A stretch of DNA of 64,000 nucleotides from Lytechinus pictus (taxonomy: Eukaryota), in assembly GCF_037042905.1 (NCBI RefSeq), contig NC_087250.1, positions 10,480,001-10,544,000 on the forward strand, written 5' to 3'. This document shows positions 47,801-58,800 of the stretch, piece by piece; the first letter of the stretch is position 1; each line of letters opens with the position of its first letter. The notes beneath the pieces were generated by a model. That model did not search any database, was not told the DNA's origin, and saw only the letters and a list, made by a program, of their open reading frames with translations. The position numbers and the translations under genes were made by a program.

Positions 47801-48818
47801 TGTCCTAGATGAAAGGCCTGCCAAGGCTGGAGAGTTCCATCTACCCTGATTTGCTGGATGGCCGCTGTTGGCTCTCCTAAGCCAGCGCCCTTTAAGATGG
47901 ATCTTACTTTTCATTCCATCAGGGTGTCCAACCACCCTCCACACCGAAACCCAAAAGGAAAAGGTGGGGGAGACGGTTTAGTCGCCGTCGACTCGACCCT
48001 GAAACAGGTAGTACTGGCTTCCAGGTTACCAGTAGCAGAAAACTGTCAGGTCTCCAGACCTGACAAGCCTCCTGACCTGACTACAAATGAAAAAGTAAAC
48101 TATATTCTTTAAACTTTTTGTGACAAGTACAACATTTTCATAGTCAATAAAGACCTTTTCTTGGACTTGCCATTGAATGATGGGAGAGACTTTCTTAAAG
48201 TTATTTCTTCAACTGAATTAAATGCTTGAGTGCCTTATCAAGGCAGCCGAGCTGAAGCCAGGACAGTATATGACATAAAAGGCAGGGCCCGCTTGGGAGA
48301 GCATTTTTCAGAACTGAAGTGGCTACCCTGGGTAAATATAATGTCCTATACTATGAATATCATCATCATAATTACTATTATTACAACTATTATCATCATT
48401 ATCATTTTTACTATCATCATCAATAACATACCTCAAAGAAGTTTTCTTCTTCCGTCAAATCAACCAAGGCTATGCACGCCACTGGCTCCTTCGTTTTCCC
48501 TCCCGTGTGCCGGAAGCTCCTCGCTTTTCCGTACAGATTCAACAACATGCAAGAGAGACCCTTGATGAACTGGACTTCTCCTCGTTTGGCTCCGCCTTGC
48601 GCTGGAGCCTGCTGACCAAACCGCAGCGGCGGTGGGGCGAAGTTGGGGGCATGAAATGGTCGACCCACATTTACCGGTCCAGGTGGTCCTTGAATGTGGT
48701 TTGCCGCGATGTGCCGAGGGGCGTGCATATTTCGGCGACCAAGGAGCTGGGCAAAAAGGTCTTCGCCGTTGTCGGCAAGTCGTCTCCTGCGACGCCGGGG
48801 ATCCATGCGTGGATCCAT
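35751..48818 (-). CDS. SPRYD3: SPRY domain-containing protein 3, 8 coding exons, 509 aa
   Basis: Exons (-): 48818-48432, 43614-43484, 42481-42331, 41741-41550, 40383-40176, 39173-39059, 37344-37137, 35888-35751. All GT-AG with consistent phases (1530 nt). Motifs YFELEIIDPG, PGWDRGSIAYHADDGKIFTG, FGPKCHKGDIMGCGI and the C-terminus VFFTRNG...GGFYPTVGLLS...VDLQPLSG* match SPRYD3 as I recall it. Confidence 0.92.
36227..36530 (+). mobile_element. tRNA-derived SINE with a Deu/Nin-like core and (ATT)n tail
   Basis: A box TGGTGTAGCGG, B box GTTCGAATCC, core CACCCAGGTG...TGGGTACC, and tail AAGCACTATATAAATGCC followed by (ATT)n. Confidence 0.8.
37137..37344 (-). CDS. SPRYD3: SPRYD3 coding exon 7 (acidic insert)
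   Basis: ctacag|(S)DDGSDTEEEIIDEW...TKVQ|gtgagt; phase 2 to 0. Confidence 0.85.
37550..38640. repeat. 197-bp minisatellite (~5.5 copies) in a SPRYD3 intron
   Basis: Near-identical pseudo-ORFs at 37655, 37852 and 38049 are exactly 197 bp apart; the unit resembles the exon-7 acceptor region. Confidence 0.93.
39059..39173 (-). CDS. SPRYD3: SPRYD3 coding exon 6
   Basis: ccttag|(D)DGKIFTGHGVGNPFGPKCHKGDIMGCGIMFPRDYQAD|gtgag. Confidence 0.92.
40176..40383 (-). CDS. SPRYD3: SPRYD3 coding exon 5
   Basis: ctacag|IVTYTGKG...YFELEIIDPGRSCYVALG...PGWDRGSIAYHA|gtaag. Confidence 0.92.
41550..41741 (-). CDS. SPRYD3: SPRYD3 coding exon 4
   Basis: gttaag|ILQEEITLDPLKPFYPAFSLG...VNGQ|gtaag; phase 0-0. Confidence 0.85.
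42331..42481 (-). CDS. SPRYD3: SPRYD3 coding exon 3
   Basis: atacag|(G)YFGRPDTLVCTPAQNFDKVGIALHF...VVNGKR|gtaag. Confidence 0.85.
43484..43614 (-). CDS. SPRYD3: SPRYD3 coding exon 2
   Basis: ttgtag|VEIKGQGVGSEDIRVGLA...LGSTKTSVGYSVYDGK|gtaag. Confidence 0.85.
44039..48085 (-). mobile_element. Full-length RTE-clade LINE (~4.05 kb) with an 11-bp TSD, sense-oriented in a SPRYD3 intron
   Basis: TSD AATGAAAAAGT at 44028-44038 and 48086-48096. Encodes APE endonuclease plus RT, has a ~0.8-kb 5' UTR, and a very short 3' end with a GA-repeat tail. Confidence 0.93.
44068..47275 (-). pseudogene. RTE ORF (AP endonuclease, RT and a C-terminal CCHH/C zinc-finger-like motif) with one frameshift
   Basis: Motifs WNIRT, ALSEVR, SVYAPT, LGDFNARVG, TDHRLV, QCGFR, DLTKAFD, GVKQG, LLFADD and CGRC...SH. 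A 2-nt insertion near 45590 breaks NYRGITLLSIAGKIFARVLLNRL. Confidence 0.9.
48432..48818 (-). CDS. SPRYD3: SPRYD3 first coding exon (probable 5' UTR acceptor at 48901-48902)
   Basis: MDPRMDPRRRRRR...LTEEENFFE|gtatg is in phase with the next exon (VEIK...), giving the SPRY motif FFEVEI. Confidence 0.8.
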
Positions 48819-49454
48819 GTATAGGAGGTGTGATGACTAATATGGAGCAAGTCTTTAAAGTTAGTGCAGATGGATCAGAAGGAAGAAACAAGTGAAATTC
48901 CTGGATATATACACAAGGATAAGAATAAAAAAGATTAACATGATGGTATTGAAGCTAAGCATGAGTAGTTGCAGCAAACAATCATGACTTCATGAGAGGG
49001 TCTTTCAAATAAAAATCTTCTTACACAAACCTTACTCTGTGAAATCACCAACAAAAATAAGCACACAATGGACAGTGTAATATCACTGCTTGGAAGAAGA
49101 CCCAATAACTTGTTAGCATTAAAACGAGGCCCTGTGTTTGTTATATTTTTATCAATAATAAAATGCCTACCAACTGGAAAATAGAGTATTTGCGAAAGGC
49201 CGGGTGAATGCGAGGATGGCGAGCCAGTCACAGGGATTTCTTGGCAAAGCCAATACTGGAACTTCTCTTGTAGGAGATAGTGATAGCAGACTTGAATTTG
49301 ATTAACAATTATTCAGGTATTGTGGAGATACATCATACATATTGATATTCCTGCTTGGGATAACATAACAAAGTCCGGCAAATAATTGAGACATTCTACT
49401 TTTCTCTTAAATCACGGTATCAAAATATGCTTCCATACCTGCCTAAAATTCACC

Positions 49455-49597
49455 TGGGGGGCGTTTCATGAAAGGACTTGTCGGACGTTTTGTCCGACAG
49501 TTACCATAGTAACAGTACCTCTCAGCCAATCAACATCAGAGAAAGATGTCAGATCTGACAACATGTCGGGTGAAAATGTTGATGAAACACTCCCCGG
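49455..49597. mobile_element. Harbinger-like MITE carrying X-box and CCAAT motifs
   Basis: GGGGGCGTTTCATGAAAG...GATGAAACACTCCCC. Confidence 0.75.
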
Positions 49598-50139
49598 ATC
49601 AGCAACAAGACTCTTGCATTTCAATAAAACAAAATTTGTGCATCGTTCTCACCTCGTTCTAAAATTTCTTGCAATTTTTTAGTTTGTAAACTGTCCCTAA
49701 ACATGTGAAGGTGTTTTCTATCATTGATATCACAAATTCTTCGCTCTCACATTGGATTTTTTGAATTTTGTATTTTATTTTAATCAATTATATATATATA
49801 CATATATATATTTTTTTTGAGGAGTGGGTGAGTTAGAATTACCGACCAAAAGGATATATGCCAAAGAATGATAATAGCCTTCTGAGTGTATTTGAATACA
49901 GCAAATTTCTTGAAATGTTGTGTGAAAAATCTGACTATTGTTCTTCTTTCCTCTCTTATCTCTCTCCTCCTTGAAGTTCAATTTCTTTGTTCACTTTTTC
50001 ATTTTCCCCCTTCTTTTACCTATGTTTCCTTTTCTCTCCTCTATTTCGATTTCAAGCTCTCCTTTCTTTTCCAATACACCACCAATTCCTTCTTTACCAA
50101 GGGGAGATTCTGAACACATGTATGTTTAATGCCTCTTTA

Positions 50140-51486
50140 CATCCCAGAAGGAAAAACCAGTAAGACCAGTAAGAATTTTTACTGGTTTCCAGTAGAATTT
50201 TACTGGTTTCCAGTATATTTTTACTGGGCCAGTTGATTTTTAACTGGACCAGTAAAAATCAACTGGAGACCAGTTCAAACAATTGCATTCCAGTTAAAGC
50301 AAAGTAGTTACACCAGTTAAATTGTTTTTCATCAAACTTGTGTTACTGGTCCAATAAATGGTTTCCAGTAGATTTTTACTGGTTTCCAGTATATGTTTAC
50401 TGGACCAGTTGATTTTTAACTGGACCAGTAAAAATCAACTGGAGACCAGTTTAAACAATTGCATTCCAGTTGAAGCAAAGTAGTAATACCAGTTAAATTG
50501 TTTTTCATCAAACTGGTGTTACTGGTCCAATAAATAATGACTTTATTTCAAGTCAGATCATTTGACGAATTGTGGAAAATGAATCTTGCAATTCAGAGAA
50601 AGTTATTATCGTTATCATTGTTATCATCATTCTTCTTATAATTATCATAATTATTATTATTTAATTTATTATGATCATTGTTGTTATCATTCTTATTACT
50701 GTTATCATTGTTTATATCGATATTGTAATTATTATTATTAATATTATCATAATTATCAAGTATTAACATTATCATTAAAATAATTATTTCCTTTAATTAT
50801 GATAAAGATCAAAGCAAGATATATTCCTCTGATATAGTCAACTGGTCTAAAGTAATTCATTGTTGAAATTGAACTGGTCAAGACCAGTAATACCAGTAAT
50901 TCTGATGATGCTGATCACGTGGTTTACCTCATTTGCATATTTCCTATTTTTAAAAGAAAAATCAGGATTTAGATTAGGAATATCCTTGCAATGGCACTCA
51001 TTGTTGTTTAAAAACTTTCCAAATAAGTGTGTGAACTAATTCACAATGGAAATGTGTAATTTCATATATCACATTAAAAATAACAGCAGAAAGATTAATT
51101 TACTAACCATCTTTTCCATCACATTTCACTGGCCATGGTATATAACAAACCAAATGAAAGTAATAAATTGATCCAGTAAGACCAGTACGAGGACCAGTTT
51201 GACCAGTTCGAGGACCAGTTCGACCAGTTCGAAGACCAGTAGAAAATACCAGTAAAAGACCAGTATGATCGAAGACCAGTGAGACCAGTAACAAGCACCA
51301 GAAACAAAACCAGTATAAAATTCCAGTAATTCAAGACCAGTTTAATTTTTAACTGGACCAGTAAAGTTTTAACTGGACCAGTATGACCAGTTAGACTAGT
51401 AAACCGATGTTCCAATTTCCAGAGTTACCAGTTAAAATTCTACTGGTCTAACTGGTCCAGTGGAACTGGTTTTTCCTTCTGGGATG
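50140..51486. mobile_element. 1.35-kb non-autonomous DNA transposon with TA TSD and many ACCAGT/ACTGGT subterminal repeats
   Basis: TA-CATCCCAGAAGGAAAAACCAGT...ACTGGTTTTTCCTTCTGGGATG-TA. Confidence 0.88.
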
Positions 51487-52767
51487 TATTTAGTTTCAGG
51501 TTTTCCTCCTAGATGGCTGGCTCACTTCCAGGTCAGCCAGGAAGTAGTCATATTTTATTGGCTCTTTTCTCCAGCATCCACAGCATCTTTAGCTTGTCTT
51601 TCTTTTTCTTTTGCTCCTTCTTCCTTCCTTTTCTTTTGTTCCTCCTTCCTTCCTCTCTTTAGCATTTCATTCTTCCTTTTTTTCTCCTGTTCTTGACTTG
51701 AGCATTTCATACACTTTTTAGCCTTTTTTTCTCACTCCCTCCTTTTCTTTCTTTCACTTTCAAGTTTCTTTCATTTTTTACAGTGATTTGGTGGATTATT
51801 ATTTTTTCACTTTAGAGGAAGGTGCCAATACCTGGTGTTGGCTTATCTTATTATTACTTTTACTAGTTTTAGACCCCAACTTGTTACTGTTAGATCTATT
51901 CTTTTATTTAAATTTTTTTTACACCGAATCAAATGACATTTTGATTTTCTCATCAATACTCAATAGAAAATGGTGTAAATGGTTGATGTGATCTGGAGGC
52001 TGGAGCCAGGACAGAGGTTTGAACCCTGGACGAATCCTCACCCGACGCTACAGCTGGAATTGGAAACAAGTCACAAATTATGCTGAATTCAATACTGAGT
52101 GTAGTGTAGTAGAATAGCCCTACAAAATTTTATACGGGTGGGACCGCGATGAGACTCCCTTCTCAATGCCATAGGCCTACAGAACAAAATCAAAAAGTGA
52201 TAAAGGTGACAATAAAACATTGATACTTTCAAGACATTTATAATTTGATTCAATATATACGTACTCACTCCTCCGCATATCATTTTATGAAATCACAAAT
52301 AAAACAAGAGGATAATCTGTAAAAGAATTTACCCAATTTCCATGTTTTGATATTCACTTTCGGCTCCAATGATCTCATCTTTTTTTCACTGATGTACAAA
52401 ATTTCTATACCTTTATGATTTATGCGCAAATCTGTGTATCAGCGAAAAATTTTCAGACGTTTTCAATTGTGTATATTGTGGGTAATAATTAAAAAAACAA
52501 GCGTATGTTTTCTTATTCAAAAGCATGATTTGAAACATTTAAGAGTGATTTATAATGATATGAGAAAATGAAATCCTTTATTACATGTACTATCAATTCT
52601 TTTTAGAGCTTATGAGCTCTTAATATTCCAATTTGAAATAATAATTTACTGTGATACCCTCTGACATAATGGAATAGACCAACAAATTGCAACCTTGCAA
52701 CGAGACGCTACCCATCCTATTGAAGCGAAGAGACAAATTTTGACAGAAATTACCTCTAGATTTCACC

Positions 52768-52838
52768 ATGGGATGTTGTTTTTCTGGTGGTGATGGAAAA
52801 CTGGCTGAACAAGAGGAACCTGCCCCTCAATTTAGTTG
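52768..52838 (+). CDS. RP2: RP2 exon 1
   Basis: caccATGG start; [23 protein letters not shown](W)|gtgagt. Not in the ORF track. Confidence 0.9.
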
Positions 52839-55800
52839 GTGAGTTTGATATGAATGGAGTTGATTTCGAGGTGAATATCCCATTACAAGCAGAGGCAGCG
52901 AGATGGCCCCGGCCCCGCACTGCCACTGGCCCGGGCGCCCGGCCTAGCCTGCACCAGGCCAGTCAGGGGCCAGGGCCGCAGCCCGGAGCTCGAGTCGAGG
53001 TGATGCTTAAACAAAGGCAAAGCCTTAAAATTTAAATTGCTGCCAGGCCAGCCTTAGTTTTCTTAGTCTTAGACCAAAAAGCTTCGGTCTCTGATATATT
53101 GGTTGTTCCGATGGGGCCGATTGCACGAAAGGGTCCTTGCAAGGACCGTCTTTCGTGTCGCCCATCTTTTATGATAGGGCCTAGGCCTAGGCCTAGTTGA
53201 TATCAATTCAATGATACGCCATGTGAAACGCATTTCAAATAAATAATCTGCAAATATATTTTATTTGTCCGTTAGAATAAACAAAAATATTTTTTTATAA
53301 AATGATGTGATATCTTATGAAATTATATAAAATTTGATTTAAAAGCAAGCTTACGAATTTTATTTGTGATAAATTTCAGAAACACCCCGCTTATACTACC
53401 GGTATAGCGCATCATAAAAGATGGGCGACACGAAAGACGGTCCTTGGAAAGACCCTTTCGTGCAATCGGCCCCTGAACTCACCAAATACAAAGACCGAAG
53501 TTCTAGCTCGATCTGTACAGGGACTCAATGACAATGGCCATGTATTAGGGTGTCTGGAGAAAAAAATTATTTTTTCATTTCAAGAAAATATCATATTTTC
53601 TTTGTGAATTTGAATAGAAATAACCTTCAGACTGACAGAAATATAAAATTTTATGAAAAAAATCAAATTATTTGCTGCAAAAATGAAGAATGAAATCAGG
53701 TTAAGAAATGGACACACACAAATCCCAATTTTTAGCTTCTGAGAGCTGTTATAAATTTATTCTTGATGCCAAAAACTTGTCCATAAAGTGCCTAATAGGA
53801 ATTTTGATTCTCTTTCTGATGGTATGATTTTTTAAAAGGTTTGGAATTCAGATCACGATGAAAAATTGTGACAAAGTGAAAAAAATTGTGCCAAACAGAA
53901 ATTTCATTTTCCCATAGTTTAGTAAACGCATGGGGAAATGACAATCTCAACACACACACAAATAAGGGTTTGCAATTTATCTCTAAATCCTTATTTAAAA
54001 TGATCATATAAACTTTCTTTACTGTCAAAAGAAGTCCCTGAATTTTCCCTTTCCATACATCCCAAACATTAGATAGAAATCAATTCAGATCACATTTTTT
54101 TAGCAGCCTGAATTTCCCGAAAAAATGTGCCATATTTTCCCCTAAATTAGCCTGTTTTATGCTGACACTTTTCAGTGTGGCTTCAGACACCCTACATGTA
54201 TGTATGGCACGCCCATAGGGAAACAATTAAATATATATTTCACTTGAAATAAATATGTTTCTCTTCTACTAAATTATTTCACTCAAAGAAATTTATATTT
54301 CACTTTTCAAAAAAATGTTTCACTTTTCAAAAAATTTATATTTCACTTTTCAAAAAAATAAATTTCACTTTGCAAAAAAATATATTTCACTTTTCCAAAA
54401 AAATATTTTTCACTTTTCAAAAAAATATGTTTCACTTTTCAAAAAAAATATATTTCACTTTTCAAAAAAATATATTTCACTTTTCAAAAAAATATATTTC
54501 ACTTTCCAAAAAAATATATTTCACTCTTCAAAAAAAATATATTTCACTTTTCAAAAAAATATATTTCACTTTTCCAAAAAAAATGTTGGAATTGATACTT
54601 GCTCCATCTCCAGCAAAATTGTTGCATAATTATATACATAAATAAGTGACATACTGAAACTTTTCGACATGCACTCATCGGAGTAAAATCGCATGAATGA
54701 CCAAAACGCCAGAGCAAAACAATATATAATAGAACCGAAACTAACAGACCCGATTCTGTGGCGCCAGAAGAAGTTCGTAAGAACCATTGCGATATTTTAG
54801 TTGTTTCGCTTCAATATACGGCTGGTAACAAGCCTAACTTGTTTACTTGACAGCCAATCACGGCTCGCCGTTTAGCGTCCATTGTCTTGTTTCGGTTCTA
54901 TTATATATTGTTTTGCTCTGGCGTTTTGGTCATTCATGCGATTTTACTCCGATGAGTGCATGTCGAAAAGCTTCAGTACCGGTATGTCCGTTTTTAAGGC
55001 TACATTTTTTTATAATTTATACATAACAAGATCACTATCAGCTTAACAAATTGAATGATTTAGTGCTAATAGCCAGGGTGCTACATAAGTACTTGCCTGA
55101 TTGCCCGGGGCAAGTAAAAGTTAGAGCCGGGCGAGTGTTTTGAAGTAAAGACCAAAACTACTTGCCCGAATTGGGCAAGCAAAATTCACACAGTAGAAAG
55201 CAAAATTCTGACAATAGAGATATGATATTGACCCTAATTTTGGTCATGGCAGGCAGGATAAAATCACCTTGGAAAAAGAAATGCAATAGATCAGTTCATG
55301 TCAAAAGAAAAAGGTAAGTGGTTTATAAAACCGCAAAACTTTCTTTTGAAGAGGTAAAACTTTTTTTTTCAAGGATTTTTTTCGGGCAAGTGAAATAGAT
55401 TTTTGGGCAAGTATATTCCAACTATTTAAAGATTTACTTGCCCGACCGGGCAAGCGCTTCTAAAAAGTTATGTAGCACCCTGTAGCTTTAAACTTGTCTA
55501 GATTAGTTTTATGTTTACAATGGACCCTTGATCTAATTAACAGGACTCAAACAGTGATTATTCATTAGGGAACCATTACAAATATCTTGGTATCACATCA
55601 TTATTTGCTCCACCTTTTTTCACTTTAATGACTGCTGCACCATTCTGAGATTTCAAAATTTTACAAGGTACATGTATCTGTGAAGATTTTTAAGTGTCAG
55701 TCACATTTATGTCATCATTGCTTTTTTCATCCATTGTGAATTTTCGAGAACCCCCTGCAATATTAAACTGCATGTGTTCTAGATTTATGATACATTGCAC

Positions 55801-58800
55801 CAATATACTAAAATGTATTCCCATTGTTTTTTCCTTTCCTCCCACTTTGATGATATTGCTTCGCTCTCTTTTTCTCTCTCATTTCTGACAATTTCACCAT
55901 GTATTCTTTACCTTTCCCCTTCTCTTGGTATTTTTCTTTTTCATTCTTTATTTACTCTCTCTTTCTCTTCCTCTTCTCTTGAAAGGCTTTCCCACCGTCT
56001 TTCCTATCATTCCTGAATTTATCTATATTTTCCTCTTTTTCTTTCCTTTTACTATTATGGTTTCTGTCGCTTTATTTTGATATCTCTGTCTGTCTCTATC
56101 GGTATCTTGAATACTCTCCCTCTTGATATCTTCTACTCTCCCACCATTTTCTTGTCTCCATTTTTTTTTCTCTCTTTCTTTCTTGCTCTGTCTCGTATTC
56201 TCTCTCTCTTTCTCTTTATTTCTCTCTCTGTCTCTATTTTATTACCCTCCATTTCTACACATCTCCCTATCTTCTCATTGTGCTGCAATCATACATGTAC
56301 TGTATATTGCAATTTATTTTCCCTTATTCAATATTCAAACATCCATATATTCGCATGCATTGCTTCCGCCCTTCTCTGCTTTTACAGTTGTATGTCCTGT
56401 CCTCTATTTTGCAGGGAAAAGAGAGAAAAACTCGACATCAAGGACTTCACCTTCGCCGACCTGAAGGGCGAAGAGGTCGGCAAGGTCCCGGGGAAGATAA
56501 ATGGCCAGCGATTCATCATCAAGAATTGTGAGGTACAGTAATTGTCAATGGTAGGCCTATTTGAGTTAAAGAGAAATTCCAGTAGTTGCAGTAAACACTG
56601 ATTTCATGAGAAAGTCTGTAAAACCAGGCTTAATTGTCAGTATATCATCGAGGATCTAGATCTGGTACAGTTACATAAACTGAACTTTGTGAAATCTTGA
56701 AATCTACGCTGCAAATGTTCAGACTGAACTTCCCCAACACAGATAAGCGCACGTGGGACAGTGTATAATTATTGCTTTGAGCGTCGGGCCCGACGCTCTA
56801 CCCGAATCCTGTGCTTATTTGCTGATTTCTCAGCAATTACACAATTTCTTCCAGAATCCTTTGGCACATGCGTTTTATTTATACAAACAGACACTTTGGT
56901 GGTCATTTCATTGGATTCTGTACGAACTCATTTTGATATCGTTACCAAAACTAGCATTTATCTTTAAGTATAAAGTGTGTATAAAGGCTGCATGATGCAG
57001 ATATTGCCAGTTGTACGTTTCAAATAAGACTGTACTCCACAGAAGAAGAATGATTATGGGTATATGTCATCCCATCTATATTTTTTCAAACACTGTTCAT
57101 TAATCTTCTTTTCTTTAGCTAACAAAATAAAACAAACAAAAAATATCTCAATACTCAGAATACTTGCTTTATGGAGGTACATGTAGCATAGGTAAATATC
57201 TCCAATTGCAAAAATCTACTATGAAAAAATATATAGCAAGAAATGTCTAGTCCCCCAAAATGCTTCAAAAATAAAAAAAGATCTTGGGAATCGTGTGTAG
57301 GGTCCGGTTTTGTTTGAAATGTTAGCATTTGTAATATATTAATTCTAGATGACAGAGTGATTAAACTAACCCAAAGTGGCAGCTCATCCTTTGTGTGACT
57401 CATACTTTTAAACATTTTTTTTCTTTTGTCTTAGGATTGCACCATATATCTGTTTGATCACATGGCAACGATCACCGTGGATGATTGCACGAACTGCAGG
57501 CTATTTGTAGGACCAAACAAAGGAAGGTTTGTGTTTTAAACTTTATTTTAATCTCTAATTACGATGATGTATAGGCTCATCCCTCCCTCCTTTCCACTCC
57601 TCAAGAAAAGCATTCTTGAGCATTCAAGAAAAAAATCCTACCGGGTACCCATTCACCTCACCTGGGTTGAGTGCAGCACAATGTGGTTAAATTTCTTGCT
57701 GAAGGAAAACACGCCATGACTGGGATTTGAACCCACGTTCCTCTGATCGAAAGAGGAGTCATAACCACTAGACCACAACCAGGAAGAATAAGGAGCGAAA
57801 GAAGAGGAAGGAGGAAGAAAAAGGAGGAGGAAGAAGGAGGAGGAGGAGGAGGAAAAGAAGGGGAGGACGAAGAAGAGTTTGAAGAGGAAGAAGTAGGAAA
57901 AAGGAAGGAAGGAAGAGGAGAAGGGGAGGGGATAAGACGAGGAGAAGAAGAATATCTCTTTATTTTCATAATCAGTATCCATATGATCTCTCAACCATGT
58001 TTTCTGGTTTGCCTCTCATTAACAGTATTTTCCTGAGGAACTGCAGCTCAATGAAATGTGTGATCGCCTGCCAGCAATTCAGGACGAGAGATTGCAAATC
58101 AATAGAAACACTATTGCACTGCGATTCCAAGCCTATCATAGAGTCGTCAATAAAAATGAAGTTTGGCTGCTTCCAGTTCTACTACCCAGAGCTGTACGGT
58201 GAGTGGTAGCAGCAAAATGTAAATGGATTACTGTATTGGCCAGTGTAAAAAAAGAAAATACACATCTTGCAGGGGTGAAAGTAAATTATGGTAGAATAAG
58301 AGTACGTTTTATGGAAAACCATTTCAAGTGCATTTGTGTAGAAAAATTGTCCCAAAACTTAATTTTGTTGTGAAATTATGAGAGGGGATATGGTGAATGT
58401 TCAAGTGATTAAAGGGATGGTCCAGGATGGAGATATTTATATCTCAATAAATAGAGTAAAATAAAAAAAAAAAAGCTGAAATTTTGATCAAAATCGGATA
58501 ACAAATAACAAAGTTATTGAATTTAAAAGATTTGCATGATTCCGGTAAAACAGTTCTCGGAATGTTTGTATGAATATTCATTAGGTGGGCTGATGATGTC
58601 ATATCCCCACTTGTTCTTTTGTATTTTATTATATGAAATTAGGTTTATTCAAAATTTTTCTACCAAGAGCTAAAACAATTGGATTGATAACTGATTAAAT
58701 GCATTAGTTATTTATTGCCGCAACTTATTTCATCATAATGGAGACACATCATTTACACATACATGTATGAAAAAATGAAACATTTATGATTTCATGCAAT

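Noticed and set aside
47880..47990. Twister, HDV or hammerhead ribozyme call in the RTE leader
   Set aside because: UAA...GGAGGG and CUGAUGG look-alikes lack the other required core elements; kept only as a structured-leader finding.
51490..51780. K/E-rich minus-strand reading as a coding exon
   Set aside because: In-frame stops, low complexity and no convincing splice pair.
52787..53035. 82-aa ORF overlapping RP2 exon 1
   Set aside because: It is in a different frame from the MGCCFS exon and runs through the GTGAGT donor into the intron.
54315..54645. K/F/I-rich repetitive ORFs
   Set aside because: Translations of the ~22-bp AT-rich minisatellite.
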